Of a DNA stretch of 64,000 bases, positions 49,601 to 62,199 are shown piece after piece (the first letter of the stretch is position 1; every line of letters begins with the position of its first letter). This stretch comes from Polymyxa betae A26-41 (lineage: Eukaryota; Protista; Endomyxa: Phytomyxea), in the NCBI GenBank assembly GCA_003693705.1, contig RBZT01000176.1, positions 1 through 64,000 on the forward strand, given 5' to 3'. The notes under the pieces are model-generated. The model did not search any database. It was given only the letters and a program-made list of their open reading frames with translations, and was not told where the DNA came from. The translations under genes were made by a program, and so were the position numbers.

Positions 49601-49730
49601 ACACTTCATCGATCTCTCTGCTGACATTATATCGCCATCGAAACGACGTCATCAACTCAGGATTAGTAACCCAGGCTGAATCCCCAGTATAGCAGGTCAC
49701 CATGACAAGGAGTATCCATAAAGAGGACAT
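46610..49730 (-). CDS. CatSper channel auxiliary subunit epsilon/delta-like single-pass membrane protein, multi-exon
   Basis: Signal peptide, then FRWRY. C-terminal block VGCPP...YRPVIDLF...ADYVLQEMTGRSD...GCARRPQSW...WTPENNIDCF...YE|IINST...FQVTVVD..Y|SYCNL...FIIELYG, then one TM helix and a short tail. Confidence 0.75.
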
Positions 49731-50679
49731 GTCCTGGTATGGCAGATTGGGAACATCCAGAGACAGTAATCACCGATTCTGTCAATGTACTCTGTACGAT
49801 CGGTTCCTCTTAGATCGCATCTCTAACGATTATAATGACACCTGATGGTTCTGATTTAACATTGATCGCGTGGCCTTCAGGCTCAGTCGTCTCATAACAT
49901 ACAGAACAGACAGAAAGAAAACATGTTTGAATATTGCATTGTTATGCTGAAATGAAGAATTCGCGATTTGAGCTCATCATTCAGAGGTCAATTACTACGT
50001 ATCCATCCCGAAAATGAAGCCGAATTCATCGCAACCTGCTGGTTTTCATCGGATGCGGCTTCTCATATTTTTCGATAGAATATCAAATGTCCAAATACTC
50101 AAACAAGTTTCCATTTTTTTTGTTCTTCAAAGGTCCCATAATGGCCAATGCGTCAGATATTAATATTTACGAACACGCTATTTGGATCATTCTTTAAACT
50201 AATCTCGCGTATTTTTATATGCAAACCTCTTTATTGTAGGTTTATGGGTTCTGTATTCCATAAATCTCGTAGGAGGAGGGAGATCCAATACCAGTCGGAT
50301 CATATAAAACCATCGAGCGGAAGTCTTTCGACTATTGAGTCTCGATGACCTAACGTCCGATACACCAATCTTATCTATAACCAACACCGAAAACGAGCTA
50401 CAAAAGGTCCCATAATCACTTTTCTCTGATTATGGGTGCTTCAAGGCATCCCGGTTGGATGAATGGATACAGTCAACCTCGATCCATCGTTTTTCGGATT
50501 TTAGCAATTTTCGATCGCTTTGATCCCCATTTATCGAGGAATAGCAAATGGGCGAACACAGCATTGATGAATGTTTCTTGTTCAGCAATGAACGAATCCG
50601 CCCTACATGATGTGATCACATTCTTTCAAGAAAATAGAACGTTCGATCATTTGTCGCTTCAATTTTCGCCATCGGTGTG

Positions 50680-51908
50680 GCTACCATCTCCAGAATCGTG
50701 CCTGGAGGCAATTAGGTTTGCTTTTCAAAACAAATATATCTTACCTTTCTAGTCGTTTTGGATGGCTTTGTGTCTTGCTCTGGCAAGCTCTGCTTTGTCT
50801 CGTCTGCTGTAATTACTTTCTCATGCAGAAAAGGTTCTGGATATTGAAATTCTGGTAATTTCACTTCAATAAAACCTTCCTCTGATTTGCCATTCCCAAG
50901 GTCATCAACTCGTTCCTGATCAATTTTGTTCTCTTCAACAGTTTGATCTTCAGACTTCCTCCGATGAATGTAGGTTATAACCTCCTGAAGCTCTTTCTCC
51001 ATTTCGTCCCGATACTTCTCAAATTCCAATTCGGCTTGGTGTCCAAGCTCTCTGAGCTTGTCTACATAATCTCTGAATCGAATCTGTTCCCTCCCAATTC
51101 TTTCAGTAAAACTCTGAGTGACTCTGGCTAGAACCTTGGCTATGTCGTCCTCCTCCTTCATTATGATGAGACGCTCCTTCATGAATGGGCGCATCGGCCT
51201 CTCATCAAATTTCTCCAGACTACTAACAGCATCTACTATAGTCATTCGATACGCCTTTAATTCAGAGATCGGATTTCCCCATAAATTCAAGATTCTCAAT
51301 GACGATGGAGCTTGTCGTAAAGCTTGCGCAGCAGATCCCAGCGAATCAATTTCATTATCAGATAGCGATAGAGTCGCGATTTGGCTCAGACAAGAAATCG
51401 TGCTGAGATCTTTGATTCGGTTTCGATCAGCTTGTAGAACTTGCACGCCTGGGAATATTGGAAGCTCTGTAACTGAATTATGAGCAATATTCAATGTTTT
51501 GAGGTTCGGTAATTGGAAGTTTGGGAATTTCCCATCAAGTTCATTGACACTGACGTCTAGTTCCTTCAATCGAGGCAAATCCCCAAGGTTCAGCCTATTG
51601 ATCAGATTCTGACTTAAAGATAACTCAACTAGGTTAGGAAGGTGATCAATCGTGATAGTGTGTAAGAGGTTGTACGACAAGTCCAAATGTCGTAATGCCT
51701 TGAACGATTGAAACGAGCTCGCATTGGTGATATGATTTAGCGACAAATTAAGCAAAACGATCTCAGTTATTCGGTTGGCTATTGCTGCAGACAAATTTGG
51801 AATGGCATCCAAACTATAGTGATTCAACTTCAGTGCATAGGCTGCTTGTTGATCAGGCCATGACCACTCAGCAGAGATTTTGCTATTTTCGAGCTCTTCT
51901 AATTCCAT
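50680..51908 (-). CDS. Leucine-rich repeat protein (SDS22-like with LRRcap) plus coiled coil
   Basis: Repeated LxxLxLSxN; LRILNLWGNPISELKAYRMTIVDAVSSLEKFD. Confidence 0.85.
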
Positions 51909-52273
51909 ACGTGTCGGATTTTAGAATCAGTACTTGATACCAGATATTTGATGCTCCGGTAAATTCAGATTCCACAGAGCAGGGTGGGTATATAGGATAA
52001 ATGTCCACATCGATGTATTTTTTGTCACAGTCAATTTCTTTGTGTGCAAGGCTAATGCGGTTGTCTGAATCATCCCAGCAATGCAAGCTTTGAACACCAT
52101 CTTCGTAAATACGCTCGCAAGTACTATTACATTTCGATAATGCTCCTGCATACAGAAACCGGCGTTACTTTCGTTTTCGAAATGGGAAAGGAGCTTGCAA
52201 CAGATCTAAGGCCACGGAAATCTTACGCCCACGTAGCGTATCGATGGTAATGACACGTTCCTTTTTGGTGAAA

Positions 52274-52680
52274 TCAAAGACTATCCTCTGCCGACCTTCG
52301 TCTCCCTTTTAATATCATCGGCCTTGTGAAATTGCCCATATCAAGCCGGGCCCAACGGGCATCGCTCACATCGCTTCCATACACATAATTGGGATCGACG
52401 AAGCCAAAATTAGCGAATGCCCGGTATTCACGTGAATCTTCTTGAAATCGACCAAAGGGCAGATCGATACCCGTCTCTTCCTTCAGCTCACGTGGCGGCC
52501 GCTTGCTTCGGGCCTCTCGTTCTTCAACATCAGCGAACACCGGGTAACGCCCAACATCTTTGTACGAAGATTGCCACGCTTTACCAGGACTGAAGCCGGT
52601 GAAGGATGACCCTTGGATCTTTGTCACAATCCCGATATCAACCGTCGATATCGATAGCGCATGCTCGTATGCTTATCCTA
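52274..52680 (-). pseudogene. Frameshifted NUDIX hydrolase (ADP-ribose pyrophosphatase-like) remnant
   Basis: TVDIGIV, VLVKRGN, YKD, WALPG, PKQAAA and RELKEETGIDL occur in canonical order but in different frames; also GSDVSDARW. Confidence 0.6.
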
Positions 52681-53253
52681 TTTGTTGGCCCTTCGATTGG
52701 TCATCAGCAGGGACACTGTAAAGGATTATGCCGGTATCGTACCTTCCTTCGCATAGATCGCCATGACGCCTGTGCAATCCGGCTAGAACATGTTCTGCTG
52801 CGAGTAAGATCAGTACTAAGACACCACGAAGGCAATAAGCACTCACCGACTCCATCCGCAACAGTTATGGTCGTATGGGCAAAGAAAACTCTTGCAGAGA
52901 AAAATAGGATTTGGTCCTGCGCAATGGCCGACATCTAACCATTGCCGACTATAACATCAAAAGTGCAAAGTTTCAACGTTTGAAGTTGTAAAGCTTTATA
53001 AAACATGTCGTGTTCACACGACATTTTGATGTGAGGTGACAATTAAACTACATGATTTAAAGCAGGACCTAAATCGAAGCAGTGAATGAGAAGCAACCAG
53101 TTTTGTATGGTGCAGTGAATGCGGGGGCGCAGCCTGAGGGTGACGTGTTCTATCTGACAAGTGAGAATACGTTACCACCTAAACGCAGTCCGTGCATAAC
53201 CCACCGTTCTCCCTTTTATCTTTGTCACCGTCTCGTTTGTCGTCAGTTCGTGA

Positions 53254-54002
<749 letters not shown>

Positions 54003-54460
54003 ATATTGCTCTTCGATCGGTCTTGCCGAACGCTGGTGTGAAGCTCAAACCAGCTACTATCGATAATAGCGACCAGCGATGCGACTTACTATGTTCTACT
54101 ATATTGTAATACTATTACATCTTGATGGATTATTACTGCTAATGCTCTGTGTTGCTCTTATGTAATGCTAGCTTTCTATGGGACATTTTTTCGTTGTCGC
54201 CCCGCTTGCTGTTGCCCTTTAAATCTCCTGCTTTGCATTATGTTCAGAAATTAGAGGCTCAAAAGCAATGTACATGGTTGTGATGAGAGGTGTTTCTGAG
54301 TACTTCATGAGCAAATTTCTAATATGAAGGCAATCGAATATGACGAAGATAATTTATATACAACGTTTTCAGTTGGAGAAAACTTTTAACATTATGAATT
54401 TAATTTCAATGAGATTTCACAACCAAACACAGACCGAGCTGGAACCTAAATACATGCTGG

Positions 54461-55357
54461 CTATTCGTTTGGCTCGAATCTGGTTCCGTATAATTCGAAC
54501 GTTGCAAAGTCCAGCTGATCTAGCTGGGCCGGCGCCGATTGTACGTTCGGTAGATGATACCTCTGCTGACTTCCAGGTCTTGAATACGGCGTTCGTGATT
54601 GCCGCATTATTACAGCGCCGCTGTCGAGTTCTTCGACTGAGTCTCCGACAGCGGTGACGGTCGGTTTTTCATGGCGACGATGTCGGTCTTGCGGCCGTGC
54701 CCGACGGCGAACATGAGGCCGGTCAACGCAAGTCACCGCCTTGCCGGTGTCTCTGCAGCGTTGGCATGGTCGTCGTAGATCACATCCAAGCTTGTTTTTC
54801 GCACAATGGACACAGGCGATTTTCGTCTTGTATCTCGGGTTGGTTGGCATTCGGTCTTGAACGTCCATGTCCACCAATGCTTCTGATGAAGACGATGGTT
54901 TGACTGACGGCGCCATCTCTTGTTTGATATTTGTCAATGGCGGCAAACTTGCAGGTAGATGAGCATGCAGGTCGATTTCAGAAAAATCGCCATCTTGCAT
55001 ACGAATAACGTGGTCAAATATTGATCCCGAACTCATATCTTGGCTGCTAATATCATATGCATCATGAAAGCTGATTGGCTGATGTTGTAAGGTATGGTCA
55101 GGATGAACAGGTTGCCTTTCTGAATCGTATTGCAAATACATTGATCCGGGTTCTAGTCCCATGCTGGTCCCTGCTGTTGGTGTCTGATCCAGAGCCCAAA
55201 CAGGGTGTACATGACGTTTATATTCTTTAACTAACTCGTCAGCCCTTTCTGCGCTCTCGGTTGCCGTTGGTTGATGACCGGCCGAGCGGTAATATGCTGA
55301 GCCGAGCATCATAGAGCTTTCTGAATCGAGGCTATGTTCAGAATCGGAGCCTGGCAT
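54461..55357 (-). CDS. Zn(II)2Cys6 binuclear-cluster transcription factor, intronless
   Basis: ACVHCAKNKLGCDLRRPCQRCRDTGKAVTC. Confidence 0.8.
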   Translation of the reverse strand: MPGSDSEHSLDSESSMMLGSAYYRSAGHQPTATESAERADELVKEYKRHVHPVWALDQTPTAGTSMGLEPGSMYLQYDSERQPVHPDHTLQHQPISFHDAYDISSQDMSSGSIFDHVIRMQDGDFSEIDLHAHLPASLPPLTNIKQEMAPSVKPSSSSEALVDMDVQDRMPTNPRYKTKIACVHCAKNKLGCDLRRPCQRCRDTGKAVTCVDRPHVRRRARPQDRHRRHEKPTVTAVGDSVEELDSGAVIMRQSRTPYSRPGSQQRYHLPNVQSAPAQLDQLDFATFELYGTRFEPNE

Positions 55358-56066
55358 TACGATTTATTTTACTTTGCCGAAAGCAAGTAATCCTCCGATC
55401 GGTCCGCATCAATCTGCTTCACATCTGAATCAGAACGGACCATGGAAATTCCACAAATTCCTTCTCTATATTCATTGAGCATCGGCCATTCATATTAGAA
55501 ATCGATCGATATTCATTGTTCCAAATGCATTCAAAACGCCAACAGCGGATCCGCTTCTGCAGAATCCTTCATTGCTGGGTTTAGTTTCAATATCGTGCTT
55601 CAAGCTTTTGCAAATACATCATTCGTGCAGAAGCCACTTTTATGCGCCGCTGCTCGAAACATGCGATAAACTTTAATAGCATTTTGGTGTTTAAAATTTA
55701 ATTATCATCTTGGATTTCTAATGACCGTAAAATCGATGCCCTATTTCAAGTTCGAAGTTGGATATCAACTCGCTAAAATTTCCGTTCACCTGGCGCTGCA
55801 ATGTGAAACTTGACTTGTTTTTTCAAACTTTGATGACCATGCGCCTTGCAAACATTATAAATTCTTTCTTCGCGCTTGCACCTGCTCTGGATACCGTTCT
55901 CTCCTAAAAAGCGAAGTGTAGATGCGTAACAGCTGTATTGTATGGTCTTAGGTAATATGAGGCTGCAGTATGTAATGATAGCGGGTTGCTCTTAAGCAAC
56001 GACCTTCGGCTCTCCTTGACCTTGTTACATTGTTAAAGTCGCCTTGTAGTTAGGCGTCTATCAATC

Positions 56067-57197
56067 ATGTCGCAGACACGTTTGAATGTCTTCCCATCGC
56101 GCATGGCTCTGCAGACCATGAAAGCGAAACTGGTCGGGGCTAAACGAGGCCATGAATTGCTTAAGAAGAAATCAGATGCCCTCAAGTCCAAAATCAGGAC
56201 TATTACAAAGAAAATATACGAGGTCGGTCAGAAGTTCTGAACTGAACTTCCTTTATAGTTCTTCTTGCAGATGAAGAAGAGCATTGGTGATGAGATGAAG
56301 GCGGCAACATTCTCTCATACCGAAGCGACTTGGGCGGCTGGAGATTTCAAGTTGGTACACTGCCAGGGACCTTTTTTTATGAAAATTTGACACACCTTCA
56401 ATCACACAGCAATAAGGTGCTCAGTTCTGTTGAGGACGCCTCCTTCAAAGTACAAGTAAATATAGAGAATGTTGCTGGAGTTAAAATTCCAGCATTTAGC
56501 CCGACAATAATCGAGCAAAATGGTAGTTCAAATGATTTATGTCCAGTTTGTAATTTACATGACTACTAGAAAATATTGTATCGCTTTCTAAAGGTGGAAG
56601 GCAGATATCAAAATGCAAGGAGGCTTTTACCAAAGTGCTCAATAAACTGGTAATTGTAGCATCGCTGCAGGTAAAATTGTCGGTTCCTTCGCCAGCTTTC
56701 CTCATTCTTCTTATAGACGTCTTTGCAACTTATCGATGGCGCCCTTAAAATTACTAATCGTCGTGTAAACGCTTTGGATTTTGTTGTTATCCCAAAATTA
56801 GAAAATACCATCGCTTATATTGTTAGCGAACTTGACGTAAGCTTCTGTGCAAGTTAATTCGTTAACTGCCTAATCATTTTCTTGTTAGGAGTTGGAACGC
56901 GAAGAGTTCTATAGGTGCGTATTCGTTTTCTAGCTTTTATCTCATGATGCTGAACTTGGATTTATAGGCTGAAAATGGTTAAAGCTCTAAAAGTTCAAGA
57001 ACAAGAAACAGCTGATGAGAATAGGAGGAAGTCGAAAACTGCTTTAGGTATTTCACTGCGTTTGGATAGACATGTATCGTTCATAATTTGGCTCAGACGA
57101 CGATACAGCCGTGCTGAATGCCCTCGATGAAATTAGCTTGGTTGGGCGGGCCCCTGACGATGACATGATACTTTCTAATCTGGCCGATTTCCATTAA
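56067..57197 (+). CDS. VMA8: V-type ATPase subunit D, multi-exon
   Basis: RLNVFPSRMALQTMKAKLVGAKRGHELLKKKSDAL, ENVAGVKIP, ASLQ|TSL, KITNRRVNALDFVVIPKLENTIAYIVSELD|ELEREEFYR. Confidence 0.95.
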
Positions 57198-57550
57198 ACC
57201 ACTACTGGCACTCTATGAGACTAATTTTCTGTTCCAAAATATTGGCACATGATGTGATTGGTCTTATATCTGAACAGACTTGTTTATTGTATGCGATCAG
57301 TCTTGAGATGAGTTTGCGTGAAATGCTGCACTGTTCGATGACACGATGTCTCTCTTGCTCTAGAAAATGTGTATGTATGCAAGCTTATTGCTGCCACGTG
57401 AATCCTTCAGGACCTAGGAAAAGAAATCGTTCTCAAGAAACAGCTTATATTACCATTTACCTCTTGAGGCTTTTCGAATACGTTGCATAGCCGGCAATGA
57501 AACTGAACGGAAGCTACTCATACCGCAGACTTCCTAGCCTTGCAAACTCT

Positions 57551-57821
57551 CATGAGCGAGAAATGTATGAACGTGTTGAGTCTGAATATTGATAATTCAT
57601 CAATGAAGGATCAGACTTGGTCCGGCATCCTATTCTCATTAGGCTGCCTAGTCTGGATTGCAGCTGCCTTTATGTCCACCTACTATACATTCAAAACAAT
57701 TGAATACGCTCTGATTGCCGCCGGAGCTGTGCTGTTGATTTTGAGCCTAATCTTGATGTCACGGCTCTGCATGCCGTCTTCACAACTGCAAACTTCATCC
57801 ACACCATACCCAGCGTCCTAA
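57551..57821 (+). CDS. Small two-TM hypothetical protein
   Basis: Two hydrophobic segments (GILFSLGCLVWIAAAFM; ALIAAGAVLLILSLILM). Start uncertain. Confidence 0.35.
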
Positions 57822-58296
57822 CCCAGAACAAAAAATCGCTCGGAGTGTTGTTTACCTGAACGATTCCACTTAATGTTGTAAAGTAAACTTTAAATTGTTT
57901 TGAGACTCGCCAAGAGCTTTTTCGTGTTTACGCTAGAGAAGGTGTTTTAGTTAATTTTGAGAAAGAGCAAAAGAATTCGTTCTGAAGTCGTTGTGCTTAT
58001 AAGATAGACCGATCCATGCCGTCGGACATTGAGAAAAACAACAAGGACCTTGCATCGTTGAAGCCATTGTTTGATAAGCCTCAGAAAGGGCTCCTCCAGA
58101 GTGGAGAAAAACAGATTGTGGATAGTTATAAAGGTGTGTTTCGAAGTGTTGAATATTGAACGATAAAACTTCCTAGAGTGGCTATCCACATCATCATTGA
58201 GGTTTTTCAATCGTGAGACAGTGTGAAAGCAGCAAGGAGGATGGAGAATCTGCCTTTGATGCTGTTATTGCATTTGTCACGAAACTTCCAACATCC

Positions 58297-59341
58297 ATGC
58301 TAAGGTGCGCCGCGGCCATGTCGGAGTGGGACCTGCGGACCCCATCACCCATCATCAAGGGCAGCTCTCTCTGTTATTTCCACCATCATGTCCAGCATAC
58401 GCCTGCTGTCGCTGACCCGAGTCCTGGGTTGTCGTCTAGCGGTCAGGCCTGCTCCCAGAATGGCATTCCTGTCGACTAACAGGACCAGCAAGGCCAGTGA
58501 TGTCGACTCGGAATCCCAGCCTGTATTATTTTGCACGTTTGCTCGGTTTTCGTCTTAACCGGTTATAGGAAAAGGCAGCCGCTGATCAGCCTCCGGCTGC
58601 TGAAAATCCCACATCAACTGCTGCTGAACCGTCTACCGCAGAGCAACAAACGGAATTCGAGACGGCCAGCGCCCCCAGCATTGCTGAGCTTGCCGACCTG
58701 ATCGCCGAGAAAGACGTAAAACTCGTTGGAGTCACAGATAAATATCATCGCGCTCTGGCGGGTTCGTTTCATATCTTCTCACCGCTGCCATTAAGTTTCC
58801 TTAGAAATGGAGAATGTTCGAACTAGATCGCGACGTGATGTTGAGAACGCCTACAAATATTCGATCCAGGGATTCGCCAAAGACCTTTTAGAGACCGCCG
58901 ACAACCTGAATCGCGCCCTCGAAAACGTTGATCAGACCAAGTTTGAGTCGAATCCTGACCTAAAGACACTATTCGAAGGCTTGCAGATGACAGAAACCGG
59001 TCTGAGCAAGATTTTCCAAAAATATGGTGTAGAGAAGGTCGAGATCATGGGATTCTGGATTTTAAATCGTTGACGTTTTCTTGTAGATGGAAGTTGGAGT
59101 AGGAGCGCCATTCGACCCGAATTTCCACACTGCCATTTTCCAGCAGGAATCGGTTGAAGCGACGCCTGGCACCATCGCTACTGTGGTATCAACAGGTTCG
59201 CTCTTCTTGTGTTTTTATTCATGCCGCTCTAACTGGATCGAAATGATAGGCTACTTGTTCAAGGATCGTGTGTTGCGTCCTGCCGCTGTCGGCACGTTCA
59301 AGCAGGCGCCGACGCCGCCATCGCCTCCGAAATCTGAATAA
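58297..59341 (+). CDS. MGE1: Mitochondrial GrpE nucleotide-exchange factor (Mge1)
   Basis: Presequence-like N-terminus; RALA|EMENVRTR...KYSIQGFAKDLLETADNL, FDPNFHTA, GYLFKDRVLRPAAV. Confidence 0.92.
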
Positions 59342-59603
59342 GTTGCCGGAAATGTTTCCTTTATTAATCGTAACCAAATAAATCTGTTTAGACAATGTGT
59401 AAATATAAATCATCGTGCTCTCATCCATTCCACTATTCTTGATGTAATGCTGTCGAATCAGTGATCTTTTAGCTTACATCACGAAAGGCATTTTCCTCAG
59501 CAATGTTATACATTGATATGTTGCGAAAGCAGAAGTCCCCTGTTCGCAGTGCGAGCTTTAGCCATTCGGGTTTCGGGTTCGTCTTGGACTGCCGTTTATC
59601 GCC

Positions 59604-60556
59604 ATGTTCCGATCTGTGTTTCAACGGCAGCTGGGTCGGCGGCTAATCTGGAGCGGCGCTTCGAATTCGGTCCAACCGATCACTTGGGCACGCCTGGCAG
59701 GCTTCGGCCTCGTATCGGCATCGTTGCTGGCGTCGTACCAATACATTAAACAGAAGAAAGTCAACCGAAAACGTACAGTCGAACGTATCGATCTGGACCT
59801 TGCTGATTCGCTTCAGTATCGGAAAGCAAGACGATTGGTAAACCGCTTATTGGCGGCCCGTTCCAGCTGGTTAATTCGGAAGGTGCCATTGTCAGATCAG
59901 TGGATCTGCATGGTCACTATGCGATCCTGTATTTTGGCTTCACACATTGCCCCGATCTTTGTCCCACAGAAATGTCCAAAATTACAAAAGCTATCGAGCT
60001 CATTGGTATCACAAGTTTAGTCTCGCAAAGCATCGTTGAGATTGCAACTTAGATGAGGCGCGTTCGAACACCGATCCACAAGTGATTCCAGTGTTTATAT
60101 CTGTTGATCCACATCGTGATACACCTCGAGTCTTGCAAGAATATAAGAAAGGTTCGTAAATATTGCTATTGGTATGCAATGAGCTCTTGATGATCTGATA
60201 GCATATCATCCACGACTTGTTACTTTAACAGGCTCTATTAACGATATCACGAGTGTTGCCAAGAAGTATCGAGTCTATTTCAGTGCTCCCGAAGGTGAAG
60301 ATGAAGACTACATGGTGGACCATTCCTTATTTGCCTATTTGATCGGAACGGATGGATCGGTGAGACGTTATACTAGCCCATCGGCGGTCAGCACTGAAGT
60401 TTATAGGTTGTGGAGATATTTGGACGCGACCTAACTGCTGAACAGCTGGCAGCCAAAGTTGCTGCTTCTATGGTACAAGATCGTTTGACAGAAAAGGAGC
60501 GCCAGGTAGAGCTCGTGGCAAGCCCCGGTCCTGATCGAGTTCAAGCTCACGCGTGA
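59604..60556 (+). CDS. SCO1: SCO1/SenC copper chaperone for cytochrome c oxidase, multi-exon
   Basis: IGGPFQL, YFGFTHCPDLCPTE, FISVDPHRD, AKKYRVYF, DYMVDHS. Confidence 0.93.
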
Positions 60557-62199
60557 TGTTTCACATTATCAGAAGTTGCATTACGAAGCTTGAAAGCCGA
60601 AACTCATGCACTCTATAATCAGGTCGATAATCGTTAAATAATGTGTTTAAAATCTGTCTTATCAGATTCTGTATTTCTTTGATACTGCTTTGGAACGTAT
60701 AGTACTATTGTCTACTGCTGTTATTCAGACTCATGCCCTGATTCTGTTAATGACGCTCATGTTTCCAGGTAATAGATCAGCCGCCGTCGTTGCCCCTGAA
60801 GAAAGTCAGGCTTAGAAGAAAACAATATAACAACTGTCGATTTATAGATGAGACCTGTTTATGCTGCTCTCTGATGTCTCTATATACTGAGGATTCGCTA
60901 TCAGCAAATCGTAATTCATCACTGGGATATTTGTAAGGAGAAACTGAATTAAATTGAAGCCGTCCTACTGACAATGTCGAAAGAATCGACGAAATTCGAC
61001 CTTGGTTGCCAGCGTCATTCAGTGCAGAATGAATTTGGTGTTTGATCTTGAGATAAATTGTCGACCAATAGCACGCAGACGTATTTCATTCCATAACTCA
61101 ATGTTGCCTGTCTAGGAAGCCATGATGCTGTTAGCTACACCAGCGAGCAGCATTGCTTTCAGACAGGTTTGGCAAGACTGCCAACCGTTTGAGGATTTTC
61201 TTCTGATGAACATTTCGCTTCCTCACTTCAACAGACGACGGGTGCTCGACCAGCGGGTTGATTTCGCTGATCTATTGCACAATATCACGCCATCTAATCG
61301 TGACAGCCTAAATCTTTCGTATATATTGTGCCGCCCAAGAAAACGTCTGGAAGCTTGGTGTTTGGTGCCCGTTTGACCTCTCTTTCAAAGCGTGTTTGGC
61401 CTGAACGAAAGTACCAGATCCCTCATACATGCACAGCTCGCCTAACCTTGCCGTTCCTCGTGCTGCCTGACGTTTCGCCTTTTCTTAATCATCTGATATT
61501 TTAGAGAGGGCTAAAACTGCAGCTTGGCTGAGCAATGAGCAGGCAAGGAGACAATATATATCTGCCGGGCTGTTTGAGTCCCATCGTTGATCGTTGACGC
61601 GATTGACGTCTAATCGTTGCGGTTCCTCTATTTTTTGGGACATCACTTTAGTGTTTATGGATCTATCAACGATCCAACCACTCTATAGGAGAACTGCAAA
61701 TCAAAAATTGATATCAAGTCGAAGCAAGCCTGCACCTCTTCCGGGATATCATCGAAGAAAAAAACCTATCTACGGCCCATATTCCAAGTTTCTGTTTGAA
61801 CAAGGAGCTGCTTTCAAAGGGCATCCCAGTCCCCTGTATTCAAAGGATCATGAGCCACGAGCTAGGCCGCCTAACGTCCTGCGTATCTGTCAGTACCAAT
61901 TCAAGCGGCTGAACGGTTCATGATGCGGGAGTTTCGACTCTCGCAGCGCCGTCATCGTCCTTAACTCGAGGGTGACGTTGTCTCGTGCCGGTCATCATGT
62001 CGGGTATCTCCACCAATCTGGTGAACGGAGATCGTCTCAAAAAAAATGTTCGAGGACGGTTTTTGGCGTTTGAAATTGATCGAGTTTGCAACTCCCAGCA
62101 GTCCGAGAAAGGCAATCAAATCAACCATCTCTAGTCCAGCCTAGTGATAAGGAGATCCAGGAGTTGGATCGCATTGAAGAAGTGCCGCTAGTATTAAGC

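Noticed and set aside
49800-50680. Short ORFs between the CatSper-like and LRR genes
   Set aside because: No coherent gene model or recognisable motif.
60700-62100. Possible multi-exon minus-strand gene
   Set aside because: Splice-like signals are present, but I could not assemble a consistent frame or family.
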